From the IMG/VR virus record IMGVR_UViG_3300032226_000829: a stretch of DNA of 64,000 nucleotides; one strand, 5' to 3'. Under the pieces are notes generated by a model. The model saw only the letters and a program-made list of their open reading frames with translations. It was not told the origin of the DNA and searched no databases. A program made the translations under genes and the position numbers. Positions 39,615 through 49,605 of the stretch are shown here, in pieces. Source of the stretch: a virus (taxonomy: Duplodnaviria > Caudoviricetes). The first letter of the stretch is position 1. Each line of letters starts with the position of its first letter.

Positions 39615-40235
39615 ATGGATATCAGAGATATATTAAGCAGGATTGACAAAGTTCAAAACCCCAAAGAACTTGCCAGCGAGATTGTTAAGTCTAATCTTAC
39701 AGAAGCAGCATCTATCAGTGTGAACATGTATGGCAATACACCTGACGAAGTTCAAGCCATGTATCAAATTTTTAAAAATGCAGGATTGACTCCTACAACA
39801 CCAGCAGTGGTTGGACCCGCTCCTGTAGAAGCTGAAGAAAAATCAGTGGGTGAGGATGACAGATATCAAGCCAGCACCACTCCAGATCCTAAATATGCCA
39901 CAATACCAGACACAGTGGATCCCACAGGTGATGATCTTCATAAGAAGAAAAAAATGTATGCCAGAAGTCAACCAGGCGACAATCCAATGGCTGTGAAAGA
40001 AGATGACATTTCATTAGCAGAAAAAATCAAATCACAATTAACTCAAGACTATGCTGCTTTTAAAGAAGGTGCAGTCAAAGGTTGGTTGATGGACATGGAA
40101 TCAGACGCAGCTGAAATGAACAAAGACGAATTCATCAAAAAACACGGTCAAAGACATGCAGATATTTGGGATAGAATAAATTCTGAAAATCCTGATTCAA
40201 ATTCTGATTCTTTTGAAGATATTGAACTAGAATAA
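39615..40235 (+). CDS. Acidic hypothetical late protein (possible head-internal protein)
   Basis: 206 aa, own TAAATA 5 nt upstream; D/E-rich. Confidence 0.6.
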   Translation: MDIRDILSRIDKVQNPKELASEIVKSNLTEAASISVNMYGNTPDEVQAMYQIFKNAGLTPTTPAVVGPAPVEAEEKSVGEDDRYQASTTPDPKYATIPDTVDPTGDDLHKKKKMYARSQPGDNPMAVKEDDISLAEKIKSQLTQDYAAFKEGAVKGWLMDMESDAAEMNKDEFIKKHGQRHADIWDRINSENPDSNSDSFEDIELE

Positions 40236-40283
40236 TCACTTCACAAACAAATTACCTCACATTTAATCAGATAAGTACTACAT

Positions 40284-41885
40284 ATGAGTACCAAAAGTCT
40301 GGATGGAGTTCTTACCAAAAAAGCACACACCAGGGAAAAATACACTGAATCACAATTGAATGAGTTGGCTGCTTGTGCAGACGCCACTCTGGGATATCTT
40401 TATTTTGCCAAGAATTTTTTTAATATTCAACATCCTGTGAGAGGCAAACTGCTGTTTGAACCTTATGCGTATCAAACCAAACTGCTGGAAACCTATCACA
40501 AATATAGATTTAACATAAACATGTTGCCACGTCAAAGTGGCAAGACCACTTGTGCATCATCATACCTGTTGTGGTATGCCATGTTTCATCCTGATCAAAC
40601 CATATTGATTGCTGCTCACAAATACACAGGCGCTCAAGAGATCATGCAACGTATTCGTTATGGATATGAATTGTGTCCAGATCATATCAGAGCGGGTGTG
40701 GTAAACTACAACAAAGGATCTATGGAATTTGAGAATGGATCTAGAATAGTTTCAGCCACCACCACTTCTAACACTGGTAGAGGTATGTCCATATCATTGT
40801 TATACTGTGATGAGTTTGCATTCGTTAATCCAACCATTGCTAGAGAATTCTGGACTTCAATATCTCCAACGTTAGCAACAGGAGGTCGAGCCATCATAAC
40901 TTCCACTCCCAACTCAGATGAAGATGAGTTTGCTGTGATATGGAAAGAATCACAAAATAATTTTGACGAACACGGCAATGAAACTGAAATGGGAATAAAT
41001 GGATTCTTTGGTTACACAGCATCTTGGAATGAACATCCAGAACGAGATGAAAAATGGAAAGAAAGTGAATTGGCACGTATAGGTGAAGAAAGATTTAGAA
41101 GAGAATATGGTTGTGAATTTTTAGTTTACGACGAAACATTGGTAAACAGTATTGTACTTGCTTCATTGGAAGGCAAGCAACCCATATTAACCATGGGCCA
41201 AACTAGATGGTATGAAAAAATAAATCCTGCTGCTACCTATGTGATATCATTGGATCCTGCCATGGGCACTGGTGGAGATTATGCTGCCATTCAAGTGTTT
41301 GAAGTGCCATCATTTAAACAAGTGGCCGAGTGGAGACACAATCAAACACCCATACCACAACAGGTAAGAATATTAAAAGATATTGTAACATTTATCAAAG
41401 AAGAATGCAAAAGTCCATCGGCCAGCAACATCTATTGGAGTGTGGAAAACAATACCATAGGTGAAGCAGCACTGTTGGTAATCAGTGACTTTGGTGAAGA
41501 AAATATTCCAGGATTGTTTGTGAGTGAACCCATAAGAAAAGGACACATAAGAAAATTTAGAAAAGGATTTAATACCACACACAGAACTAAAATCAGTGCT
41601 TGTAGCAGATTGAAAGGCATGATTGAAAACAACAAAATGACCATTAGCAGCAAGGCTTTGATCAGTGAATTAAAAACATACGTGGCAGTGGGATCAGGAT
41701 TCAAAGCCAAATCTGGAGAAACAGATGATCTTATCAGTGCTGTGCTGTTGATTTTAAGAATAGTCAGCATACTGAAAGATTGGGATCCTAGAATTTATAA
41801 TTCATTCTTACAAGTAGAAAATGATGAGGATGGCGGAGAACGCATACTGCCCATGCCAGTGTTTATCAGCACCACTAACAACTAA
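40284..41885 (+). CDS. Terminase large subunit (T4 gp17-like)
   Basis: Q-motif FEPYAYQ, Walker A PRQSGKTT, GRG.S, Walker B LLYCDEFAF, ITSTPN, nuclease ISLDPAMG.GGDY, VENNTIG, DDLISA. Confidence 0.95.
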   Translation: MSTKSLDGVLTKKAHTREKYTESQLNELAACADATLGYLYFAKNFFNIQHPVRGKLLFEPYAYQTKLLETYHKYRFNINMLPRQSGKTTCASSYLLWYAMFHPDQTILIAAHKYTGAQEIMQRIRYGYELCPDHIRAGVVNYNKGSMEFENGSRIVSATTTSNTGRGMSISLLYCDEFAFVNPTIAREFWTSISPTLATGGRAIITSTPNSDEDEFAVIWKESQNNFDEHGNETEMGINGFFGYTASWNEHPERDEKWKESELARIGEERFRREYGCEFLVYDETLVNSIVLASLEGKQPILTMGQTRWYEKINPAATYVISLDPAMGTGGDYAAIQVFEVPSFKQVAEWRHNQTPIPQQVRILKDIVTFIKEECKSPSASNIYWSVENNTIGEAALLVISDFGEENIPGLFVSEPIRKGHIRKFRKGFNTTHRTKISACSRLKGMIENNKMTISSKALISELKTYVAVGSGFKAKSGETDDLISAVLLILRIVSILKDWDPRIYNSFLQVENDEDGGERILPMPVFISTTNN

Positions 41886-41893
41886 ATACTAGC

Positions 41894-44584
41894 ATGAACC
41901 TAAATGACACGTCTAAAGAGCTATTTGCCAAGATAAGGGGGCGATTTCCGTCGGTCTCTATAGGCAATCAAGCAGCAGAAGTGACCAATGATCCCAACGC
42001 AGCAAGATTTTTTGATTTTGATTTCAAAGCAGGTGATAAGGTTTTGGGCAAGGTCAGCATAAGTATTAGTGAGCAAGACGGATTAGTGGTGATACACAGT
42101 GCAGATTTGAGTCAAACAGAAGATTTGGTGGCTCGTGAAAATTGGTTTAGTTTTTTAAAAGAACTGAGACAGTTTGCCAAGTCAAGAATGATGACATTTG
42201 ACACCAGAGACATCACCAAAAGCAATTTGGAAAAAAGAGATTATAATTTTTTAAGTGCTATGACAAAACCAAAAGAAGTAACAGAAGCAGCATTGACTGG
42301 CACCAACAAAACCAGTTTTCAAAACATAGGTGACAGCAAACTGATCATCAAACATTCTGCAGCAGTGGATGCAGACATGGCTACTGGTCGTACTCACAGA
42401 ATTCATTCCATATACATTGAAAGTTCCGAAGGTGAAAGATTCAAGTATCCATTCAAACACATCAATGGTGCTAGAGCAATGGCACGTCACGTGAGCGAAA
42501 GTGGCAAACCATATGATGATTTTGGCAAACACATTGTGGGACTGAGCGAAGAACTTTATAAATTAAAAAAATTTAAAAACTATGTGAATAGATCAGCAGT
42601 GATGGCTGAAACATTAAAAGAATACTCTTCAGTAATCAATGATAGAATAGAAGAAATTAAAGAAACCATTCAAGGATTACAAAAAGAAAGTTTTTATAGA
42701 TTGACCAAAGAAAACTTTAAAACCAACGAAGCTTTAACAGTGCCAGAAGATGTGAAAGAAAACTGGATTGATGAATTAACAATTAAAACTTTCAACGATG
42801 AATTACAAGAAGTGTTTCCTTACATCTACAAATTGGTCACTCAAAAACCAATCAAAGAAATCACTGCTGAAGATTTTGAAACAGAAGCATCTGGTTATCA
42901 AGGCAGCACAGAAACAAGATATTTAAAGTATAATGTGTCTGGAGATTTTGACAGAAGTAGACCAGTGTCAGACAAAGACGCTTTCACCATACAAGATTTA
43001 TTGAAGAAGTCTGGTATTGAATCAGAGGTTACTCCTGACGAAGGCAATTATCAAGGCATAGTGATTTATACCAACGCTGCTCCACAAAGTGTGGAAAAAG
43101 TTTTGGGCAGCATGCTTGAAACCAACATCAATCCCATTGATCAGTTTGAAAAAATTTTAGATTCAATCATTGATGAAGGAGAAAACACATTGTTTTCATC
43201 TGATTCTGAAGAACAAAAACAAGCATTGGACAAATTAAATCAATTGATGAGCAAACATTTTCCCGCAGGTATAAATGGAGTGAATGGTTTGGAAAGTTTG
43301 GAAGGCATTATAGATGACGCCAATTTAAATGATCAGATCAGAGAGATTGGTAAAAAAGACAGTGATGCTTGTATCAGACCTTTGATATATGCTTACATAC
43401 AAAACAAAAAACCAGACATGCTAAAAAGAATCAGCACTGGCGACATGAAGATGTCCACCGAAGGCAATCAATTTGCTCAGGCAGTACGTAAAGCCAAAGC
43501 AGCAGGAATGAAACCAGGTGACAAATTCAAAGTGGGCGACAAAGAATTCACACTTAAAGATGCCATGGATATGGCAGGTATCAGCGACACATCATTGCAA
43601 GATGATGCTGACATGGATCCAAACCAATCACCTCAGGCTCAAGCCTATGCAGGCAAATCTTCTGCATCTCAAGAAAAAGAAGAAGTGCAAAAAATATTGA
43701 ACAAACATCCAAATGCTTACAAACAATTTAAGGCAGGAGATGATTTATACAATCACAAAGAATTGTATTCAGAATTGGCAAACTATTACCACGATAATGG
43801 AGATATGCCCTATGGTACATATACTGCTAAAGATGGCGATCCTATCAATTGGCTCACAACTAGATTGGCCGATATGGGATTGATAGAAACAACTCAGAAA
43901 GAAGCTGAAGCCAGCATAGATGATCAGTATAGATTTCGTGATTGGTTAAAGAAAACACACAATAAACAAGTGCATGAATTAAAACCTCAAGAATACGCAA
44001 TTATTTCAAAACAGTATAGAGACGAAATAGGAAAAAAAGAATCCTATCATCCTGGTGAAGGATCTGCAGAAGAATTGGCCAAAGAGATTTGGAACAACAC
44101 TCCAGCATTGCACGATGAATACAAAGACTGGCGTGAGTATATGAATTCAGAAGATTTTCAAATGGACTCAGACAAATTACGCAGTAAATTTGAAAGCACA
44201 GGCGGTGGTCCTACCATTAGACAAATGAGTGATCTTGAATTGGCCAATTTCCTGCACACCACTGTGGCAGAAGTTAAAAAAGACAGAGAAGCAGCAGAAG
44301 AAGCAGCTATGGAATTGAATCAAAAATATTCTGAAGATAATAAATCCAGCAAAGAAGATTTGCACAAAGCATCTGAAAAAATAGAAGAATTTGTAAAGAG
44401 TTTTTATGACTACACTACCAATAAATTTCCCAAAGGAGAAACAGCAGTGATCACAGCAGTGCAAAAACAATATGGAGATACTGCTGCCAAAACTGCTATC
44501 GAAACCATCAAAACATTGCAGAGCGGTCAGGACAAAGAAATTGAACGCATCAAACAGCTGGCAGGCTATTCCACCAAAAAATAA
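41894..44584 (+). CDS. 896-aa modular acidic late protein of unknown function
   Basis: TAAATA 5 nt upstream; globular-looking N-half followed by short modules; ends EIERIKQLAG. Confidence 0.7.
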   Translation: MNLNDTSKELFAKIRGRFPSVSIGNQAAEVTNDPNAARFFDFDFKAGDKVLGKVSISISEQDGLVVIHSADLSQTEDLVARENWFSFLKELRQFAKSRMMTFDTRDITKSNLEKRDYNFLSAMTKPKEVTEAALTGTNKTSFQNIGDSKLIIKHSAAVDADMATGRTHRIHSIYIESSEGERFKYPFKHINGARAMARHVSESGKPYDDFGKHIVGLSEELYKLKKFKNYVNRSAVMAETLKEYSSVINDRIEEIKETIQGLQKESFYRLTKENFKTNEALTVPEDVKENWIDELTIKTFNDELQEVFPYIYKLVTQKPIKEITAEDFETEASGYQGSTETRYLKYNVSGDFDRSRPVSDKDAFTIQDLLKKSGIESEVTPDEGNYQGIVIYTNAAPQSVEKVLGSMLETNINPIDQFEKILDSIIDEGENTLFSSDSEEQKQALDKLNQLMSKHFPAGINGVNGLESLEGIIDDANLNDQIREIGKKDSDACIRPLIYAYIQNKKPDMLKRISTGDMKMSTEGNQFAQAVRKAKAAGMKPGDKFKVGDKEFTLKDAMDMAGISDTSLQDDADMDPNQSPQAQAYAGKSSASQEKEEVQKILNKHPNAYKQFKAGDDLYNHKELYSELANYYHDNGDMPYGTYTAKDGDPINWLTTRLADMGLIETTQKEAEASIDDQYRFRDWLKKTHNKQVHELKPQEYAIISKQYRDEIGKKESYHPGEGSAEELAKEIWNNTPALHDEYKDWREYMNSEDFQMDSDKLRSKFESTGGGPTIRQMSDLELANFLHTTVAEVKKDREAAEEAAMELNQKYSEDNKSSKEDLHKASEKIEEFVKSFYDYTTNKFPKGETAVITAVQKQYGDTAAKTAIETIKTLQSGQDKEIERIKQLAGYSTKK

Positions 44585-44603
44585 TATTTCATTAACTACG
44601 CAC

Positions 44604-44632
44604 TTGACTAAATACACATATTAATATAGTAT
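44604..44632 (+). promoter_or_regulatory. Overlapping sigma70-type and late-type promoters for SSB
   Basis: TTGACT (44604-09), 17 nt, TAGTAT (44627-32); TAAATA at 44609-14. Confidence 0.65.
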
Positions 44633-44698
44633 GTAGAAATATGTGCTGTATTATAGTGAGGCACAAATACAAACAGGCAAACAATAAGGAGGCTTATA

Positions 44699-45664
44699 AT
44701 GGCTACACTAGCAGAAATCCGCAATAAACTGAAAGAACAAGAAGTTCGTTCAGGCGGTAACACAAAAACAAGCGGCGGCGACAACGCAATCTATCCATTC
44801 TGGAATCTAAAAGAAGGTGAACAATCAACTGTTCGATTCTTGCCAGATGGCGACTCAAACAACACTTTCTTTTGGAGAGAACGTTTGATGATCAAACTTC
44901 CATTCAATGGTATCAAAGGAGAAACTGATTCAAAACCAGTTCAAGTACAAGTGCCATGTATGGAAATGTATGGAGAATCTTGTGCCATACTATCTGAAGT
45001 TAGAGGATGGTTTAAAGATCCTAACTTGGAAGACATGGGCAGAAAATATTGGAAAAAAAGATCATACATTTTCCAAGGTTTTGTCAAAGAAGATCCTCTG
45101 AATGAAGAAAACAAATCAGCAAATCCAATTAGAAGATTTATTATTGGACCACAAATATTCCAAATAATAAAAGGAGCTCTAATGGATCCTGAAATGGAAG
45201 ATCTTCCTACAGACAAAATCAACGGAGTTGATTTTAAAATTGTCAAAACCAGCAAAGGTGGATACGCAGACTATTCAACTTCTGCTTGGTCAAGAAAAAC
45301 CAGACCATTAACCGAAGATGAAAACAAAGCAGTGGAAACACACGGCTTGTTCAACATGAGCGATTACTTGCCTAAAAAACCAACTGAAGTTGAGTTGAAA
45401 GTAATGAAAGAAATGTTTGAAGCATCTGTGGATGGTGAAGCATATGATATGGAAAGATTTGGACAATACTTCCGTCCAGCTGGCATGTCATCAAAAACTG
45501 GAGACCCGGTGATTAACACCAATGTTAAAGCCGAAACACCAAAGCCAATAGAAGTATCAACAGCAAAAGTTGAAGTTAAAACTGAAACTGCTGCTCTAAA
45601 AACTGAGAGCAAAAACAAAGCTGAAGATATTTTGGCAATGATTAGGTCTAGACAAAAACAATAA
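44699..45664 (+). CDS. Single-stranded DNA-binding protein (T4 gp32-like)
   Basis: SD AAGGAGG; VRFLPDGD..NTFFW, PC.EMYG..C, YWKKRSY, GGYADYSTS.W. Confidence 0.9.
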   Translation: MATLAEIRNKLKEQEVRSGGNTKTSGGDNAIYPFWNLKEGEQSTVRFLPDGDSNNTFFWRERLMIKLPFNGIKGETDSKPVQVQVPCMEMYGESCAILSEVRGWFKDPNLEDMGRKYWKKRSYIFQGFVKEDPLNEENKSANPIRRFIIGPQIFQIIKGALMDPEMEDLPTDKINGVDFKIVKTSKGGYADYSTSAWSRKTRPLTEDENKAVETHGLFNMSDYLPKKPTEVELKVMKEMFEASVDGEAYDMERFGQYFRPAGMSSKTGDPVINTNVKAETPKPIEVSTAKVEVKTETAALKTESKNKAEDILAMIRSRQKQ

Positions 45665-45676
45665 AGAGTATATATT

Positions 45677-45706
45677 GTAGTGGAGAGTTTGAATATTCTC
45701 CACTAC
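45677..45706. other. Perfect 10-bp stem-loop between SSB and UvsX
   Basis: GTAGTGGAGA (45677-86) / TCTCCACTAC (45697-706), 10-nt loop, no U-tract. Confidence 0.7.
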
Positions 45707-45728
45707 GAATTAACAAAAGGAAAAATTT

Positions 45729-46811
45729 ATGGCTACTAAGGCTTTTGACATATCGAAATTTAGAAAAACATTAACCAAATCCATTGATGGATTGGGACTG
45801 GGATTCAATGATCCCACAGATTGGATCTCCACAGGCAACTACGCATTGAACTATTTGATGTCAGGTGATTTTGAAAAAGGAATTCCCTTGGGTAAAGTAA
45901 CAGTGTTTGCTGGTGAATCAGGATCAGGCAAATCATACATTGCTTCAGGCAACTTGGTGAGACACGCACAGAAGCAAGGCATATTTGTGGTGTTGGTGGA
46001 CACAGAAAACGCACTGGATCAAAATTGGTTGCAGGCATTGGGTGTGGATTGTGACGAGAAAAAACTATTGAAATTGAATCTTAGCATGATTGATGATGTG
46101 GCCAAAACCATATCAACTTTTATGAAAGAATACAAAACAGAACATGGAGACAACAAAGACACTGCTCCTAAAATATTATTCATCATAGACAGTTTGGGCA
46201 TGCTGATGACTCCCACTGATGTGAATCAGTTTGAAGCAGGAGACATGAAAGGTGACATGGGTCGTAAACCCAAAGCACTCACAGCACTGGTTCGTAATTG
46301 TGTGAACATGTTTGGCAGTTGGAATGTGGGATTGGTAGCAACCAATCACACGTATGCTTCACAAGATATGTTTGATCCAGATGATAAAATATCAGGTGGT
46401 CAAGGATTTGTGTATGCCAGTTCAGTGGTGGTAGCAATGAAAAAATTAAAATTAAAAGAAGACGAAGATGGCAACAAAGTAACAGATGTAAGAGGTATTA
46501 GAGCTGCTTGTAAGATAATGAAAACAAGATTTGCCAAACCTTTTGAAACTGTACAAGTTAAAATACCTTATGAAACAGGCATGGATCCCTACAGTGGATT
46601 GGTGGAACTGTTTGAAAAAGAAGGCATACTGACAGCATCTGGTAATCGACTTAAATATGTGGATCTTAAAGGTACAGAACACTTGGAGTATAGAAAAGGT
46701 TGGACAGGTGAAAAATTGGATATGGTTATGACGGAATATCACAAGATCAAACCTAAATCTGTTACAGAAATAGAAACAGAAGCAGCAGCAGTGAAAGAAG
46801 AGAAAAAATAA
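45729..46811 (+). CDS. uvsX: RecA-like recombinase
   Basis: ISTG..ALN, Walker A GESGSGKS, DTENALD, IIDSLG, MG..PK, ISGGQGF.YASS. Confidence 0.92.
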   Translation: MATKAFDISKFRKTLTKSIDGLGLGFNDPTDWISTGNYALNYLMSGDFEKGIPLGKVTVFAGESGSGKSYIASGNLVRHAQKQGIFVVLVDTENALDQNWLQALGVDCDEKKLLKLNLSMIDDVAKTISTFMKEYKTEHGDNKDTAPKILFIIDSLGMLMTPTDVNQFEAGDMKGDMGRKPKALTALVRNCVNMFGSWNVGLVATNHTYASQDMFDPDDKISGGQGFVYASSVVVAMKKLKLKEDEDGNKVTDVRGIRAACKIMKTRFAKPFETVQVKIPYETGMDPYSGLVELFEKEGILTASGNRLKYVDLKGTEHLEYRKGWTGEKLDMVMTEYHKIKPKSVTEIETEAAAVKEEKK

Positions 46812-47023
46812 TGCGAGAAGCTGATCAATTAATAGAAACTTGGCAATTTTTTAAAGAATATATCGATAAGAAACAAATCGATATAGTGGCTGAGAAGTAT
46901 GTGGAAATGTGCGCCGACTATGGCGCTGATGATGAGGTTTTCAAAGAATCCATGGGCAATGACCAAGACTTGGACAAGGCCATCATGTACTATCTGGACA
47001 TTGAGGAAGACGAGGACAACTAA
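46811..47023 (+). CDS. Small acidic hypothetical protein
   Basis: 70 aa; TAATG coupling on both sides. Confidence 0.65.
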   Translation: MREADQLIETWQFFKEYIDKKQIDIVAEKYVEMCADYGADDEVFKESMGNDQDLDKAIMYYLDIEEDEDN

Positions 47024-47481
47024 TGTCTGGATGGTATCAAAAGATATCCAAAGACATCAGTACTATTCCTGAGGCTTTGGAACATTTCGAAAATCAATTG
47101 CAAGAAGCCAAACTGGAAATCAAAATCAGAGGTAATGTGGAAAAACAAGCAGCAGACATGCCTGGCATTGTGGAACACAGATTCAATCAATTACAAGAAT
47201 TAGAAGCAGTATTAGAATATCTCAACATTGAATTGCGTAGACTACGCAGTTCTTATTTTAAAAAATATTTCGAAAGCTACAACAGAGCACTCACCAGCAG
47301 AGAAGTGGAGAAGTATGTGGATGGTGAAGCAGATGTGGTGGACTATGAAAAGATCATCAATGATTTTGCACTGATGCGCAACAAATGGTTGGGTATTTGC
47401 AAAGGACTAGACCAAAAGCAATGGCAGATGACCAACATAGTCAAATTGCGTGTGGCTGGTATGGAAGACGCCAGCATCTAG
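47023..47481 (+). CDS. uvsY: Recombination mediator
   Basis: Helical; follows uvsX; F..Y...LTSREVEKYVDGE..V...K.LDQKQWQM.N.VK. Confidence 0.8.
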   Translation: MSGWYQKISKDISTIPEALEHFENQLQEAKLEIKIRGNVEKQAADMPGIVEHRFNQLQELEAVLEYLNIELRRLRSSYFKKYFESYNRALTSREVEKYVDGEADVVDYEKIINDFALMRNKWLGICKGLDQKQWQMTNIVKLRVAGMEDASI

Positions 47482-47540
47482 TCGCCAGATCCACTTTTAA
47501 TCCATCAATTTCTATTTAAATACCATACAGAAACATCATC

Positions 47541-48689
47541 ATGAAACTACTGATCAACAACAAAGAATTGGCACACTTTCTCAACAGTATCATCAATCAC
47601 TTTCAAGTGGCCAAAGATAAAGTGACATATGAACACAGCGAAAGTTGGACACATATCAGACAGATTAAAACAAGTATTAGACAGCACAGACGCTGGCTGA
47701 GAAAAATGCGCAATTCGGGAGAAGCAGAACAGGTGCTGGAAGCCAACAATGCCAGATGGAGCTGGGGCAAATGGCCTGGCAAATTGGAGAAAATTTTATA
47801 TCGAGAGTTGACTGATTATGTGGGAAAAATATGGCAACTGATGGATCAAAATAAAGAAAAATATTTTCAAGTCATACATAAGAACATGGATCAGGTGTTG
47901 GAGGCATTGGGCACTGAGCGTGTGCTGAGCATGTACAAAAAAAGTAAGATGCAGCATTTTGTTAAGAGCACAGGGCTGACCATACACAAAAATGCTGAGT
48001 TGGTGCGTAGACAGGACTTCACTGATTATCAACAGGATTGTTTAATTAGAAATACCACAGGCAACGAACAATTACTGGTGCAAAAAATTGACAATCGTTA
48101 TCCTATGTGGTTCATAGACAGTGGGTACACCAACTTCTTAGAACCCAATAAAAAATGGCACAGATTGGTGCGCAATCACATACATCATGATCGGATGTTT
48201 GAAGCTCCTGTGGATAGATTATCCAACTTCACCAGTTTTCCCCAACCATGGAGACAGTCAGGAGAAAAAATACTGATCATAGAACCAGGACCATTTGCTG
48301 CCAGCATATTTCATGTGGATCTTAAAACTTGGAAATATGACGTGGAACGTGAACTGAAGAAACACACAGATAAAAAAATTGTGTTTAGAGAAAAAGCTGA
48401 AAAAAAAGTTCGCACCAGTCTTGTGGAAGAACTCCGCAATGAAGATTATTATTGTGTGGTAAATATTAATTCCAATGCTGCCACAGAAGCCATATGGTGT
48501 GGCATACCAGTGATCACCTTGGACAAACACATCACCAATCCCGTGAGCAGCAACCAGCTGTCAGACATAGAAAATTTACAGAGACCACATCTAGCACGTT
48601 GGCTGTGTGCTTTGAGTTACAGTCAATTTACCCGAGAGGAATTATACGATGGCACAGCTATTAACATTGTAAAAAAATATCATGTCTAA
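47541..48689 (+). CDS. KpsS/GT107-like (capsule-synthesis family) glycosyltransferase, paralog 1
   Basis: FIDSGY, VFREK, NINSNAATEAIWCGIPVITL, L.YSQFT.EE. Confidence 0.5.
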   Translation: MKLLINNKELAHFLNSIINHFQVAKDKVTYEHSESWTHIRQIKTSIRQHRRWLRKMRNSGEAEQVLEANNARWSWGKWPGKLEKILYRELTDYVGKIWQLMDQNKEKYFQVIHKNMDQVLEALGTERVLSMYKKSKMQHFVKSTGLTIHKNAELVRRQDFTDYQQDCLIRNTTGNEQLLVQKIDNRYPMWFIDSGYTNFLEPNKKWHRLVRNHIHHDRMFEAPVDRLSNFTSFPQPWRQSGEKILIIEPGPFAASIFHVDLKTWKYDVERELKKHTDKKIVFREKAEKKVRTSLVEELRNEDYYCVVNINSNAATEAIWCGIPVITLDKHITNPVSSNQLSDIENLQRPHLARWLCALSYSQFTREELYDGTAINIVKKYHV

Positions 48690-49605
48690 ACTGACCACAG
48701 TATCATACCTTGACATATTACCTCCACACAATAAAAGTGAAGAAAAATCCAACATATTGAAATTTTTTCATCAAGGAGTAAATGCAGCAGGAGACACAGG
48801 CATGCTGCACAAAGGATTCAATTGCGTTCCTTGTGATGTGGCTTGTATCATGGGGTATGTACACAAAGATGGCAAACATTTGCCTCATTTGGATTTAAGA
48901 CAAAAAATATTAGATTATCAAAAACAGTCTGGCAAAAAAACTCTCATAGCAGACAGCAATTTATTTTTGTACATGGATAAAAATAATCCCCAACACTACT
49001 TGCGATACAGTTTTGACGGAGTATTTCCCACCACAGGATTTTATTTTGATAAAGATGTGGATCCTAACAGATGGATTAAAATCAGCAGGAACATGAACAT
49101 CACACTTAAACCTTATAGAACACAGGGCAATCATATACTAATCTGTTTGCAACGCAATGGTGGATGGAGTATGGCAGGCTTGAGTGTGATCGATTGGTTG
49201 GATGATGTCGTGAGAAAAATACAACAGATTTCCAGTAGACCTATTGTGGTAAGACCGCATCCAGGCGATAAAAAAATTATGCGTATTTTGAAATTGAAAT
49301 ACAAAAATGTTTCACTGAGTAATAAACCAAGTCTATTGGATGATCTCAAAAACGCTTGGGCCACTGTGGTGCACAATAGTTCACCCAGCGTGGCCAGTAT
49401 CATAGAAGGTGTGCCTGCATTTATCACAGACTCTGAACCCAAACACAGTCAAAGTTATTCAGTGGCCAATACTGATTTAAATCAAATAGAAAATCCTGTG
49501 TTACATGAAAGGCAGTTTTGGATTGAAAAACTAGCCATGTGCCATTGGAACTTTACAGAAATGCAATCTGGCGAAGCTTGGAGTTTTTTTAGGAAATATG
49601 TATGA
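48682..49605 (+). CDS. KpsS/GT107-like glycosyltransferase, paralog 2
   Basis: ILICLQ, IVVRPHP, VHNSSPSVASIIEGVPAF, W...E..SG.AW. Confidence 0.55.
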   Translation: MSKLTTVSYLDILPPHNKSEEKSNILKFFHQGVNAAGDTGMLHKGFNCVPCDVACIMGYVHKDGKHLPHLDLRQKILDYQKQSGKKTLIADSNLFLYMDKNNPQHYLRYSFDGVFPTTGFYFDKDVDPNRWIKISRNMNITLKPYRTQGNHILICLQRNGGWSMAGLSVIDWLDDVVRKIQQISSRPIVVRPHPGDKKIMRILKLKYKNVSLSNKPSLLDDLKNAWATVVHNSSPSVASIIEGVPAFITDSEPKHSQSYSVANTDLNQIENPVLHERQFWIEKLAMCHWNFTEMQSGEAWSFFRKYV

